This document shows positions 1 to 13,600 of a stretch of DNA of 64,000 nucleotides, one piece after another. Position 1 is the first letter of the stretch. Each line of letters opens with the position of its first letter. Location: NCBI GenBank assembly GCA_951406725.2, contig OX597819.1, forward strand, positions 57,226,001-57,290,000, given 5' to 3'. The notes below the pieces were generated by a model, which ran no database searches, had not been told where the DNA came from, and saw nothing but the letters and a program-made list of their open reading frames with translations. The DNA is from Octopus vulgaris. Its lineage: Eukaryota. The position numbers were made by a program, and so were the translations under genes.

Positions 1-1695
1 CATTCTATATTTTACCCCTAGGTCAGTCACTTTTGAGCAGGCCTATGATCATAAGCTTTCCCGAAGTGACTATCTTGTTTTGTTTAAAAAGGGGTAATAC
101 GGTGATTCTAAAAGGTCCTGAAACATTGTAGAGGCTCTCTTGTTGTTTGGGGCCTACGTTTAATTCTGATTGAAGTTTGCTATGATTAAAACGTTCCAGC
201 CATGATCTGCGAGTGGAAGATTTTCTTTTCAGTTATAATGTCCTCCGGACTCACCGCATTGTTAGGTGAGTCTGCTCTGTTTGCGATGTATGGTGTGCTA
301 ATGGATGAAATTTTGCTGATAGAAATAATAGCCTACAATCTCCTATTAGTCAAATGTATTCCTAGAAATATTAAAAAAAGGAAAGATCACATCTGGTTCA
401 TCTTTGAACATCGGTTGACTAAAACACACACTGATGCTGAAAAGATAAAAAAATACCGATTAATGCAGCAACAACAGTCAGAATAAGACTGGCCGTAAGA
501 ATAACAGCAGTAAAAATAACAGCAATAACTTAATGTCAATTACTTTGTAACATCGAAATAACGTTTCATCATGTTGTGTATGAATCTATCCAAAAGTGAT
601 AACTGCATGCTATCGGATCCATTAGTGAAAAACCAGGACTCCTTTATTTTACTTTATCTCTTTGAAATGTAACCCTAAATTTTACATTAGTATTATGGGA
701 AATGTTCACTCTGCTATTGTATAACCCGGGAATAAGGCCTCATAATCTTTCCTAAGGTTTGTTACTTAAGTACTGAAATAAGGGCCGGTTTCTCATTAGC
801 TTTTCGTCATTCTTACCCCTACGTTTAGGAGAACATGAAACTACCCAGTAAGGCATTTACATTTCTAATTTGTTGGCGTTCTCTCCATCATTTCGAATTA
901 AGATCAAACTACTGTATTTCATCTCTTATTATAAAAGGCAGATTTTATCTGCCTCCCTTTGTCAGTTATAGAAATCTACAATATAGGATTTCTTCAATTA
1001 CAATTTACCTAGCATTTTTAAGAGTAGAATGCATCGGGTCATGCCAGGTCCAGTTTTTGAAATTTAAACTCCAATTAAGCAAAATTTACAGAAAACTCAC
1101 ATTCTGGTGTGTATGTCAAATGCTTTTCTTAATGTGGTTTACACCACACGCACACGCACACACACAGTGTGCAACGAATAAAGTGAAAGTAATTCACTGT
1201 GTGTGTGTTGACAGGTAGACAATAGAATGCGATGGCGATGGCGATGGCGATGTAATATTTGTTTCTGTCTATCACGCTGATAGATACATGAGTAAAATGT
1301 ATGGCAAGCTAAGAGATAAGAGTGAGTGAAAATGTTCTTGGAAGAGAGTAAATAGCGACAGAGTGATTTGAGGAAGACTAAACTGAAAGTATTTCTATAA
1401 AACGGATCACTCATGCTATCAACATAATTTCTCCCACTTTCTCTTTGCAAGTGTACCTTAAACCACTACTCAAAAAATAAAAAAACACAGCAAACAGAAA
1501 CAAATAAATACATAACGATTTACTCCTCACACAATTTCTTCAATTAGAGTTTACCTAAGATTTTTCAAAGTACTCCATTCGGTCATGCCATAACAAATTT
1601 CTTTCAATTTCACCCCCAATTAAGACAAAATTCGACAAAACTCAATATTTTAACATTTCACTCCGAAAGCATTGATGTACATGTGTGCGTGCGTG

Positions 1696-1736
<41 letters not shown>

Positions 1737-1980
1737 ATGGGTTGTGCGACACAGAAAGTGTGGTGTGTAAGTGAAGTGCTTTTGTTAGTGTGTGTAAAGA
1801 GACAGAGAGAGTGAAAGACAGAAATAACTGAACTTTTTTTATTCACTTTTTGTAGTGAGTGACTGAGAGAGAAAAGAGAGAGAGAGGTTATGTATGTATA
1901 TATGTATGTATGGCTTCAGTGACACACACACAAAAAAACACATACCTACGTACACCTAAAGCACGCACACACACACACAC

Positions 1981-2778
1981 AAGCGGAGCGCGAACTTCAA
2001 AATGTTGGTATTATTAATTTGCGAGCGTACTTCTAAGCGCGCGTAATTGAAAGTTTTCACTATGAAATCATCACGTGCGAAAAAAATTGAAGGTTTTGAA
2101 CAATTGAGATACAGATGTCACGCCTGTATTGAAACCATTGCTAAGCTGCCGTAATTGCTTAATTAAGACTTTGTTTAAATTGAAAGGGCCAAATATGTGA
2201 CGAGGTTGAAAAAAAATACCCCAGAAAAAAATGTACTGCTGGTATTTATATAATTCACTACTATTTTGCTACAATGTCATGAAAAAGAAAAAATTTAGGT
2301 ATGTACAACATATATTATACATTTTTTCTATTCATTCAACGAAAATAAAAAAATCGAATTCGCCACCCCCTTTTCCCCGTTCGCGTTTGTGTAAAAAAAA
2401 CTATTATTTAAGTTTTAAAAATTATTTACTTTGTTCAAAAAATATTAATATTAATTAATTTTCAAGAATTATTTAATTTTATTCTGCAAAATAGTAATTA
2501 ATTCATTTATCTGTAAATCCGCGAGGTTGTTACTCAGGCACCTAGAAATAGCAGCCAGATTTTTATATTCTAAATAATTTGCAATTTCAAAAAATATATT
2601 AATTTTGCGTTATTTAATTTGATAAATTCTACGGAATAATTTTGCGCGTTATATACGTTCGCGTTTCTGTAAAAAAAGTAATTATTTAAGGGCGATCGAG
2701 TATCGAGTACCTACGTCTGGCTCGCACGCGCGAATCCGCGTGTGCGCAACCGGGACCACTCTGCGATACAAGTACCCA
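1981..2778. repeat. CpG-rich block, probable DNA-transposon fragment of unassigned family
   Basis: CpG-rich block between microsatellites. Imperfect ~35-bp direct repeat cgttcgcgttt.tgtaaaaaaa...attatttaag at 2378-2412 and 2656-2690. GC-rich terminus ending tacaagtaccc, with no partner TIR seen. Confidence 0.35.
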
Positions 2779-2843
2779 TATATACATCCATACATACATG
2801 TGTGTGTGTGTGTCTATGTATGTGTATTAATGTGTGTGTGTTA

Positions 2844-3195
2844 TCTCTATATAAAGCTAAAGTTGTCTGCGTGCGCCACGTTTGGTAACCTTCAACTAAC
2901 ACTATCTCCTCCGAGACCCTGCGGCGCAAGTTGACCAAAATTGAGAGTATGATAGAAGAAGGGTTGCTCTTCCTTCCGTAGAACATAAAATTCAAATCGG
3001 ACCATGTTAACACCAAAAATTATTTACATCAAAAAGATGCTTTTTTCTATGAAAATCCCTATTTTTTACGATTTTTTCACTGCTGTGTCGCCACTTTTCG
3101 GTGTATTTCGACCAGAAAAATGTTTACAAAATTTTTACTTTTGAAAATTCCAGCGGGTCGAAACAAACCCGAGCAACGCCGGGCGATACTGCTAG
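2844..3195 (+). mobile_element. Non-autonomous Helitron (complete, ~350 bp)
   Basis: Inserted between A2843 and T3196; 5' TC start (tctctatataaag); subterminal hairpin cccg(a)gc-aac-gccggg at 3168-3183; 3' CTAG at 3192-3195. Confidence 0.8.
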
Positions 3196-4582
3196 TAGTA
3201 TATAAAATGCACGTTTTTCAAAGATACGTCTCACAGAATCTCTCCAGGACTTATACGAAAATCTTTCCTTTCTCAACATGTGCTGCTGAAATCTGGGCTC
3301 ATCTGATATGCCTGTGCGTCTTTTATGGCAAAATACGGTAAGTTTGATTTATTCTTCTTAAAATAAAAACTACTTCTATTTGTGAAACAGTTCCATTCTT
3401 ATTATGACTGAGATTTACTCTAAACTTTAAACCACATTACCTCAATTATTGTAAATGGAACTACTAAATATTATTATATTTATAACTATCGGTCATTTCC
3501 CTCAGTAGAAATCAATACGTCTACTTGAATGGAAAATGCCCAAATGCTTTAAACTGTAGTTTTCTAGATCTTCGCAAGCTGTTTAGTGTGTCTCTGGAAA
3601 ACAAATATTTCTAGTTATCGTAATTTACTTAGCATTGGAGAAGTTAATGAATTTACCGGGAATATTTTCTTACCCAGAAGAAACATACGAAATACACTAC
3701 ATATAATGTGCTCATAACATTAAAATTTGACTTAAGTTTTTAGTGTAACATACCTTTGATCATAAACTAATACTAACAACTATAAAAAAATATCCAAGAT
3801 TTATTAAAGGTAGCAAATGTCCATCGAATTAATTCTGAGAAATTTTCGATAGGTCATTTAGCTCAAGCATTTTTTGCACAGAAAATAACCATAGGAGTTT
3901 ATTAAAGAGCAGCATGAAGCACAGTGATTTCAGTTTAGCAGCTATTGAATGTGATTTATGCTTCAATGTTCATTTCGTGATTCATGAGCAGACAAAATCT
4001 ACTACAAAGCAATATTTTTTAAATAAGTAATCATTGCATTGGTATTACTAAAGGAGACTAAGAGGGCATGTTCTCATGTATGTGGAAGTGAGTTGTACTT
4101 TGTTGATTATAGCACTTTTTGCGTTAGTTTTTTGTTATGCACGAATATGTCAAAACAATATATTTTCTAAATAGAATCATTATTGTTACTAAATCTCTCA
4201 ACAAGAGACATTCAGTAACAATACTTTAAAGTAAAGATTATTTGACAACATAATGTGGCAGTCCCAGTTGGAACGAATGTTACTATTGTTTAGCCCCAGG
4301 AAGCACCGTCTCCGGCTGGCTATACGACACACTATCTGTGTCATTATATTCCAGAACAGGGGAGTTTAGCACCGCCACCCAGCACAAAACAATATCTGTG
4401 AACCGGGGTTTCTGGATTATTTCTATCCTCGGCACACAATAACTGCTCGGCTGAGAAGATGCGTATTAAAAATATATCGCTGTACAATGATATTCGGGAG
4501 GCCAAGTTATTTTTAACATTCAGCTTAAAATGAGTTTTATATTGAGACCCAAGACTTCCACACAATTTTGTGAATGGAAGTA

Positions 4583-5103
4583 CAGTAAACCCTCGAGTAT
4601 AGTCCGCCCTTGAATATAATACACAGGTTTTTTTTTTAGCTGTCTGTACCTCTGAAAAACCTAAACCTTGTGTATAATACGCACCCCGTCTCTAACTTGA
4701 GTCAAGCAGGTCTATATAACGTCCTTGGTTTATACAAATGTATACGCTATCGTCCTTTATTATTATTGTACATATAACATAATGCAAACGTAGTTTTTTT
4801 CTGCATTTTGTTTGCAGAAAAGAAAGAAATAACAGTAATAACAGCAATAACATTTAATAAATGTTGCTTACTGCAAGTTATGGATGATTCCTTTATGGCT
4901 TCATTGCTTTCAGGCCTAGCTTAAAGTATTTTCTCGCCCGACATCACAAAATGCGTCTGAATAAACATTACCGGACAGCAAATAGAGACTCGGACATTGC
5001 TTAGAAAATAATTTTCATTTTTAACATCGTATATAGAACGCACTAGGGATTTTGACTTTTAAATTTTGGGGAAAAAATGAGGATTATACTCGATGGTTTA
5101 CGG
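4583..5103. mobile_element. Tc1/mariner-superfamily (pogo-like) MITE
   Basis: ~25-bp imperfect TIRs (cagtaaaccctcgagtatagtccgc vs reverse complement ccgtaaaccatcgagtataatcctc); TA on both sides (4581-4582, 5104-5105); no ORF. Confidence 0.8.
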
Positions 5104-5949
5104 TAAATCATGCGAGAAACGTACTGAAATGTTTCACACTGTAGTGAAACCACATCGACAACCTTGTGAGCTTCGAGCCTAACTACACTCAACGCTGTTT
5201 GATATAAACTAGTTACAGCCTTATATTAATTACTTTGTATATATACTTCTATCTGTTACAGTCCAGTCTCTCTAGAATTCGATATTGCTTGCGACCACAA
5301 GAAATTAAATTAATGACATATCATTTATGATCCAGAGTTAGTACTATTGAGAGACTTATGGAATTACATACGGTGACTGCCAACGCATTTGGCATAGCAG
5401 AAATTTGTATTGGAAACAAATTCATGTTCATATATATGATTAACACATCAATATTGCATTGAATTACTTACACATCATATGATGTTTTAGTTTTTAATAG
5501 CTCTTCTGCTAATAAATGCAGCAAAAATATTTCGTCCAGTCATCTCTTGATATTGAGAGCGATTCTCAACTACACTAATCATCATTTCTTCCTATATTAT
5601 AAAACTATGAAGACATTTGATTAGTATGCAAAGAATTAAGATCTTAGAATGTTGTCTCTAGAAGGAGGAATGTGAATAATCTACGGAAAAAGACATGTAA
5701 GTAATGTAGATGCGTTATAAGCTGGAAATCGGCTGATAAATACAAATTTAATTCGAAAGTGTAACGCAGTACGTTTTAGCGTAACAACCAACTGAAGTTA
5801 AATAATGAATTGGCTATTAATATCTGAACGGATAATTTTTGCCTGTAGTTATTAAAATGTTAGTAGTTAGTACAATGGCATTGCTCATTAGTTTCTGGTG
5901 CATAATATTTTTTGGTTTTATTCTAAAGAATATGACCAGTAGAGTTGTT

Positions 5950-6140
5950 ATTGTCGATAATATTGTGTGTGGTATTCTTTCTGAGCCTTTACGATTGAAT
6001 TCAAATCCCAACAAAGTCACCATTATCTTTCATACTTTAGAACCCGATCAAGTAAGATTCCAGTCAAATACTGGGGTGGACTTATTTACTCCACGCCTCA
6101 CCAAAATATCTGGTCTTGTACTTATATTAAATATGATAAT
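5950..6140 (+). mobile_element. Degenerate SINE, same family as 31654-31868
   Basis: Diverged match: ttgaattcaaatccc...tttcatac...ccagtcaaatactggggtgga...ggtcttgtac. Confidence 0.45.
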
Positions 6141-9094
6141 ATTACAACTTAAATTTTACACGAGCTGTTGCGAATATTATTATAGTCGTCATGCAAATAT
6201 CAGCTCGAACCATCTGTAAATTAAGGGGTCGCTACATGTTCGAATGCATCTAAATGATTACTGCTACCAACTGATATTTTGAAAACATTTGATTGATTTT
6301 AATTGATATGATTTTCAGGGTAATTAGTGATTCATTTACTTTTATCTGTTTCTTATTAACTGTGGACTTGAAAGAAGGGTAAAAAAAAATCAATAAATTC
6401 CAATATCAATGTGTTGTATCTGTGATAGATATTCACACAATATGTCTTACAGTATGTAGTTTCACGTCACTATATCAGATACAAGTTATAATGAATCTTA
6501 TTGTTCAGAATACTGTATTGATGTTTGGGTGGTCTGAAGTTAATCAAAAATACTTCTCTAGAAGAAATAATATTTGCGTTATGCGTAACACAAAACAAAA
6601 ATCAATGCCTTCATCCACGGTGACACTTCAAAATCTTACTACGAAGACATTTCACAACTTTGAATTTGACCCTGGTTTGTAATTCTCTGGCTACAGTTAA
6701 ATACCTTTCAGGAAAATATAATCACTACACAGCTTCCTATCTCCCCAGTATTGAATTAGTATTTCTGCGCAAAGGCACGAATATAATATTCCCTTCAAAA
6801 TCTCCTGCAGAATAATTGTTGCTTATGTCGATAGCATAATTATTGTGTGGTTACGAATCGGGAATGCAATTGTACAAGAAAGAAAACAATTGTACCATCC
6901 CCAACAACAGGTTCATGTGTTCTCACAACTAATCACAACTGTATCAATATTTGTGGTGATATTGACTTTGTTTTGTCAGAGTTTTATCGATGCGCTTCAA
7001 ATATTAATTGGTGTTAGAAAGAAAATACATACAAACAAGAAATGTGCGGCAGATAAAAGCACAATACCGGTTTAATCACACCGTAGCTACAACAGTAGCT
7101 TAGCTTGATAAAATATAATGTTAGCTCTTATTAATAACCGCAATATTGATGATAATTTAAATATTGGTTTACATTGCACAAAAATATGGTTAATTAGAGA
7201 TCAAAGATTGTGAAATATGACGAGGAAATATAACACTGAAGAGGCAGATTATTCACTGAATACTCTCACGGGGAAAAAAACTCTACATCGATAATAGAGG
7301 TGTTATTTATGTAGAAAGTAACTTATTAAAGTGTATTGTTTAACACACCGTTTGTATATATTACCTTGCCTGAAGCCTTTTGGTTTGACTTGATTTAAGC
7401 CGAAGGAAAAAATAATTATTTAGCGAGAGGTTGGGTGTCAGAGAAATGGGTCTGCTATGCAGTCCAAACTTTTGTCGCATTCTCATCTCTTACATTGTAT
7501 TTCTGAGGGTTATGAATATTACAAGTTACCGTTTGTCACTTCTTTTTCAAAAATGCATGCTTTTAGCTAGGCATGAAATCACAATGTTGTTCCACATTCT
7601 AAATCATCTAACACTAATAACTGCTAAGGCACACACGCTGTATTTTTTCAATCAGGGTTACACTATAGTAGTTCAGATAAAAGCAAGACAATATCTAAGG
7701 CTTGGAGAAAAATCACTCCAAATTGATAGCGTTCGTCTTCCTTCCACTGTCGCGATACACAAAAAGCATCATCCATGCACGCCTCCCCGAGTAAGACAGC
7801 TTACAATTTCACTCACCTCTCAACCTTCCATTCGTTTTTTTTTCTTCGTGTGCTTTGCCAAAATTATTTTTACAAACATTGCAGAATATTCACAGTTATT
7901 CGATTTGGAGAACGTTCAGAAAGAAATCCTCCACACTTGCAATTCATTGTTCAGTAAAATTCACATTGAACATAAACAATGAAATATAGAGTACTCCATT
8001 TCTAACAATGATTCTTTAATTAATGCAGAGCAATTCAACCTTTGAGAAACATATCAGATCCTCTTCCTCGCTATAGAGGCATATCTAAAATATATATATC
8101 CAATCCCAAAGAATGATCGCATTGCAATCACCATCCCTTGAAACATTTCACTGGCGATAGCCATTTATAATATCTCAAGTTTTTGCCGCCTTCTTTAATG
8201 ATCATCGCTACGGCTCTCTCATAAAGCTAGAGGGTTTGGGATATTTCATTCGCTATGCTACACACCAGCTGATGCTGGCGCTCGAGAAATTTCATGAAAA
8301 CAGTGTTGTTGTCTTTGACATGAGAAAAATATTTGACCATGCCCGGATTGCAGATCTCTTGGCAAAACTTTGTATCATACTTACATCCACTTAGAATATG
8401 CCTTTCCGTCTGATCACATTGCAAAAAGGAATACTGAACCGCAATTTATCATAGGGTTAATTGTTGTGAGCATTTGACCAGGGTAAATTAATTCAACTAA
8501 TTTTGAATATCACGTGTGTGGCTACGTAGGTACATTACTGATAAGGCTCGACCAAATAATTACTCATGAATAAAATTTGAGAAATGGAATTCGTTTAGAA
8601 ATGTTTCTAAGGTGTCTGTCCGTGGGAGGTATATTTAAGTCATAGATTTTTAGTATAATCAATTAAACGTTGGGTGACTTTATTTTACTCCACAACGTAC
8701 TATGACATCACCTCAGCTCTGGAGTCTTAGGATAACTCATTACTCAACTGATTCTGTGAAAAGCCGTGATGTTTCCTCTTTATTCTTAAACTGAGTAAGC
8801 CATTAACCCACCAATTTGGAAACAGCCTTTATCAAAGACTTACCTTCACTGATATTTACTATTTGCTTCATACTCGCAACGAAAATTTATTTAGAAGTTA
8901 TTTAGAGAACAAAACAGCATTCCCATCATCAGTAAATAGATACAGAACTAACCTTCTGTTCGTTGTATCAAATGATGTGGAAACTATACTGCTTGGATCT
9001 AATCAGCCTCGATTAGATCTGCAAGCAACAAATGCCAGACCCTTGTTCCTTCGGGATAACATCACTGAGATGCAGATGGCATTGAAGATATCAA

Positions 9095-9119
9095 TCTATC
9101 AATCTATCTATGTATTTAC

Positions 9120-9208
<89 letters not shown>
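9095..9208. repeat. (TATC)n(TA)n microsatellite
   Basis: Directly visible. Confidence 0.95.
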
Positions 9209-9211
<3 letters not shown>

Positions 9212-9372
9212 CGTTTTGTCTGTTTGTTTGTGTGTCGTCTAGAATCTCGGGCATCCTCCATCCGATTGCACTCAAATTTGATATGTAGATACCGACGGTA
9301 TCAGGGCGTGTATGAGTTTTGCAAAAATTACAAAAATCGATTCCAGGTGAGAATGCGATCGATAAAAATAAG
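9209..9372 (+). mobile_element. 5' part of a non-autonomous Helitron-like element
   Basis: (TA)n followed by tgtctgtttgtttgtgtg and atctc...ccgattgcactcaaatttg; same layout as the elements at about 20750 and 41314-41560. Confidence 0.45.
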
Positions 9373-9398
9373 ATAAAATTAATTCAAATATTTAAAAC

Positions 9399-9486
<88 letters not shown>

Positions 9487-9819
9487 ATGCAAAATATACA
9501 TTAAGTGAAAACTAAATACTATAATTTAAACTATATTCATTAAATTAAATTATTAACTAAGTATTTTATTTATTTAATAAATATCTAAATAAAATCTTAT
9601 ACTCATTAAGTAATTAATATTAAAAACCTTAATGTTAAGTAATATACATAATGTTAGTACAAGCTATAAATATGTATTGCCTTACAAAACTAATTCTCAA
9701 ATTAAATTAAATGTAACACGTTATATGACATTAGAAAAATAATAATAAAACATAATAAATAAATAGATATACATATCATAATTAATAATTATCAATAAAT
9801 TATAAATAAATTAATATTT

Positions 9820-9838
9820 TAACAACAACAACAACAAC

Positions 9839-9906
<68 letters not shown>
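9820..9906. repeat. (CAA)n(TAA)n microsatellite
   Basis: Directly visible; a (TA)n run lies upstream at 9402-9484. Confidence 0.95.
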
Positions 9907-9909
<3 letters not shown>

Positions 9910-10574
9910 TCTACAGTTTTCAATCATACATTCGACCAGCTTTAAAAACTTTGATACCCACAATTGCCTCTGTAAACATCCTTTTTTTTTTTTTTTTTTT
10001 CTTCTCTCTAAAACCATCACGCTTTTATTTTTGTGGACTTACAAAACCCTAAAACTTTCAATGAAAATCTGACTTTTCTTTGCTTCCTCCCTGAATATTC
10101 AAATATAAATGTAAACATATACTTTTTATTGTAAAAACACACCTGTTCTTCTAACTGGACATACAAACATCTCTAGAAAAGTCAACTTCAACCTCCACCT
10201 TACAGGAAATATACAAACACTTTTTATTGCAATAACACAAACGCACATGAAAAAAAAAATGATGATGCTAAGATTCTCTCTGGTCGAACACAACTTCTCT
10301 ATTCACAAACAATACAGAACAGCCCTTCCTTAATTTTTTCTTAAGCCTAATAGTAGTAAACATCTGAACTTTTTTTGACCGATAGGACCCCACCTAAAAA
10401 AACAACACAAAGAAAGTATTATTTGACAGGCAAGAACTCTGGTGTTGAAGACAGTCAGCCAACCACCAAGCCAGCCAACGAGACAGACAGACACTACTGT
10501 GATGGTGATAATGATAAAAAAACAAAAATAACAATAATAAGATACTGCTGTGACTACACATAAAACAATATCAT

Positions 10575-10672
10575 TGATGATGATGGTGGTGATGGTGATG
10601 ATGATAATGATGATGGTAATGGTGGTGATAATGATGATAGTGATGGTAATGGTGATGATAATAACAATAATA
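10575..10672. repeat. Degenerate (TGA/TGG/TAA)n microsatellite at the 5' junction of R4/Dong copy 1
   Basis: gatgatgatggtggtgatggtgatgatgataat...ataacaataataa. Confidence 0.85.
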
Positions 10673-13600
10673 AGCCGACTACGGCTGCTATAATGGTACG
10701 ATTATAATTGTAACGGCAATGATGGCCGTCTCCCCACGAGCCAATCAAAGCTAAAAAATGATAACATTATCGTAGCACCAAAATGTTTTTGGAAACTAAA
10801 AGGAAAACTAAATCAGTATACAAAATCGCTTGTCCTATGGTTAATCTGGAAGCGCGTCCCCCAGGGAAGAGCCAGCATGGGATCGAAAAGTCATCAACTG
10901 GCACAAACTCTTCTCCGAATACGGACATGGATGGTCACTTGAACGGGAAATCCCCCAACTCGAGCCCTCCAAGTTCACCACCACAACCACCACAGAAAGA
11001 AAAATGTAAGCGGAACAAATGGACCCGAGAAGAGTATAAAGAAGTAATATACGCTTATTACTATGCATTAGGTAGGCCATCTCAAGAGAGACACACCGCA
11101 AACTCTTACAGTATATGGAGAACACGGAATCAAGACAGTAGGCCCTATTTGGACGAGAACAAATTAGCAAATGTGAGGAGGGATATCCTTAGAAATAACA
11201 GACTCTCAGACAGTGAAATAAGCGCGATCAAGCACGCAACGGAAAATGACATAAATATAAGACACAAAGGAAATGAAGAATCAGATGAACAGTATAGCCC
11301 GCCACGAGGCTTAATTGAAAGACTGCCATCTGACCAAAGTACGCAAAGGCCTGAAGATACAAGAAATTCTATTGTGCCTCTTAAAGATAGCCAGGAAAAC
11401 GAAAAAACAACAGTAACTGAAGATCTCGCATTTGCTGAAGAACACAGAGAGTCTATGGCAGAAATGAGGCAGAAAATCCTGAATACGCTTGAAGTTGTAA
11501 GACATACAAGTATGAATGATAGAGAACCACTTCATAAACTCTCAAATACAAACCAAAATAAAAAAAAAATCCAAATTGGCAACTATGTAACAAATGAAAT
11601 AATACGAGAATTAAAACCTGATTTTATTGAGTTAAATGAAATTATTTACGCTGCTGCTAGGGCAATTGAAACCAGCTGTATGCCCCCGAAAAAACAAAGA
11701 AAACAAAACCTGGGAAGAAATCAAACCTGGAGAAGTAAAATTGAAAAACAGATTGAATTTATGAGAGGGGAAATATCAATATTAAATGAACTAATATGTG
11801 GAAATGATGTAAGATCCAGAACAGGAAGAAAGATGAAGAGAAAATTTGAATCCTCACCAAAAGAAGAACTGATATCAATAAAAGAAACGCTGAAACAAAA
11901 AGTCCAAGCAAAAGCCCAAAGAATACGAAGATTTGAGAAGAGAAACAAGTTTTACAAGCAAAATAAGCTGTTCACATCCAATGCCAAAAAATTCTACAGA
12001 GAAATAGAGAAGGAGAAAGTAACCGTTAAAGACCCCCCTCCCATGGAAGAAGTTCAAAACTTTTGGAAAAGGATTTGGAGTGACAAGACGACGTACAACA
12101 TAAATGCAGACTGGATTATACAAACTGAAGGATCCTACCAAAATTTACAACAACAAGCATGGGAAGACATCACAATAGCAGACCTAAGAAAGGCACTCAC
12201 GAAGGCCCATAATTGGAAATCCCCCGGTAAAGATAAGGTGCCGAATTTCTGGCTCGCATCGCTCCCATGCACACACGGTAAGCTAGTTCAGCTGCTCAAT
12301 GGAATTATGAGAGATCCAAAGAAAACACCTGAATGTTAGCAAGTGGCATTACTTACCTACTCCCAAAGAATAACGAAACCAACCTTCCAAAAAACTATCG
12401 GCCTATAACCTGTCTATCCACCACGTATAAAATCCTAACATCTATCCTGGCGGAGAAAACATATGCATTCATGGAGAAGAACGATATTTTCCCCATTGAA
12501 CAAAAAGGGTGCCGCCGAGGCTCTTACGGATGCAAAGATCAACTGCTAATCAATCGTATGATCCTTGAGAACTGTCACAACAAGCGCAGAAATCTCAGCA
12601 CCGCATGGATTGACTATAAAAAGGCCTTCGACACTATACCGCATCCATGGATCTTGAGATCGCTGGACATCTTCAAAATTTCCCCAGTGATTTCAAACTT
12701 CCTGAAGCACAATATGTCGTTGTGGAATACGAATCTCCAATTATACCACTCTAATGGAGTACTTGCCTCAGAAAATATAAACATCAACTGTGGAATTTTT
12801 CAAGGTGACTCACTTTCACCTTTAATATTCTGCATAGCCCTAATACCCCTTACAAGTGAATTAAACAGAACAGGGTACGGGTATAAAATTGCCAATAAAA
12901 AAATAAGCCATCTATTTTATATGGATGACTTAAAACTTTATGGTAAAGACAATAATGAACTTGAAGGCCTATTGCGCACCGTGAAAGCATTCAGCGATGA
13001 CATCGGGATGGAGTTTGGACTTGAGAAGTGTGCCAAGGCCACTTTCCAGAAAGGGAAAGTGAAGACCACAAATTCAGTCGTGTTAGATGTTGACACAGTC
13101 ATAAGAGAGCTTGAGCAAGAACAAACATACAAATATTTAGGGATAAATGAAGGCTCTGGTATTCAGCATGCAAGCATGAAAGAGAAAATCAGGAAGGAAT
13201 GTTATAGGAGAGTTCGTGCAGTCCTGAAATCTGAACTAAATGCACGTAACAAGGTGTTAGCTATAAATTCCTTAGCAGTTCCAGTTGTTACTTATAGCTA
13301 CAATGTGTTGAACTGGAATATGAGTGAAGTAAAGAATATAGATAGAAAAATACGCAAGCTGCTGAGTTGTAATAGGATGCACCACCCAAAGGCAGACGTA
13401 GATCGCCTTTACCTTCCCAGGGCCCAAGGAGGTCGAGGCCTGATCCAATTTGAACTAGCTTACAAAACAACCACAATTGGACTGGCCAAATATCTCGAAA
13501 TATCGAATGACTGGATGCTAAAGCTCGTGGAAAATCACGAGAGACGAAAGAAGCTTCATTCTATCATCAAGGAAAGCAAAAAATTTGCTATTGATCTCGT

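Noticed and set aside
7431-8424. 183-aa + strand ORF and nearby short ORFs
   Set aside because: TTG start, no recognisable domain and no supportable exon structure.
10720-10760. Possible HDV-like ribozyme at the R4/Dong 5' end
   Set aside because: Only a 3-bp P3-like stem; no 7-bp P1 or P1.1 GG could be built.
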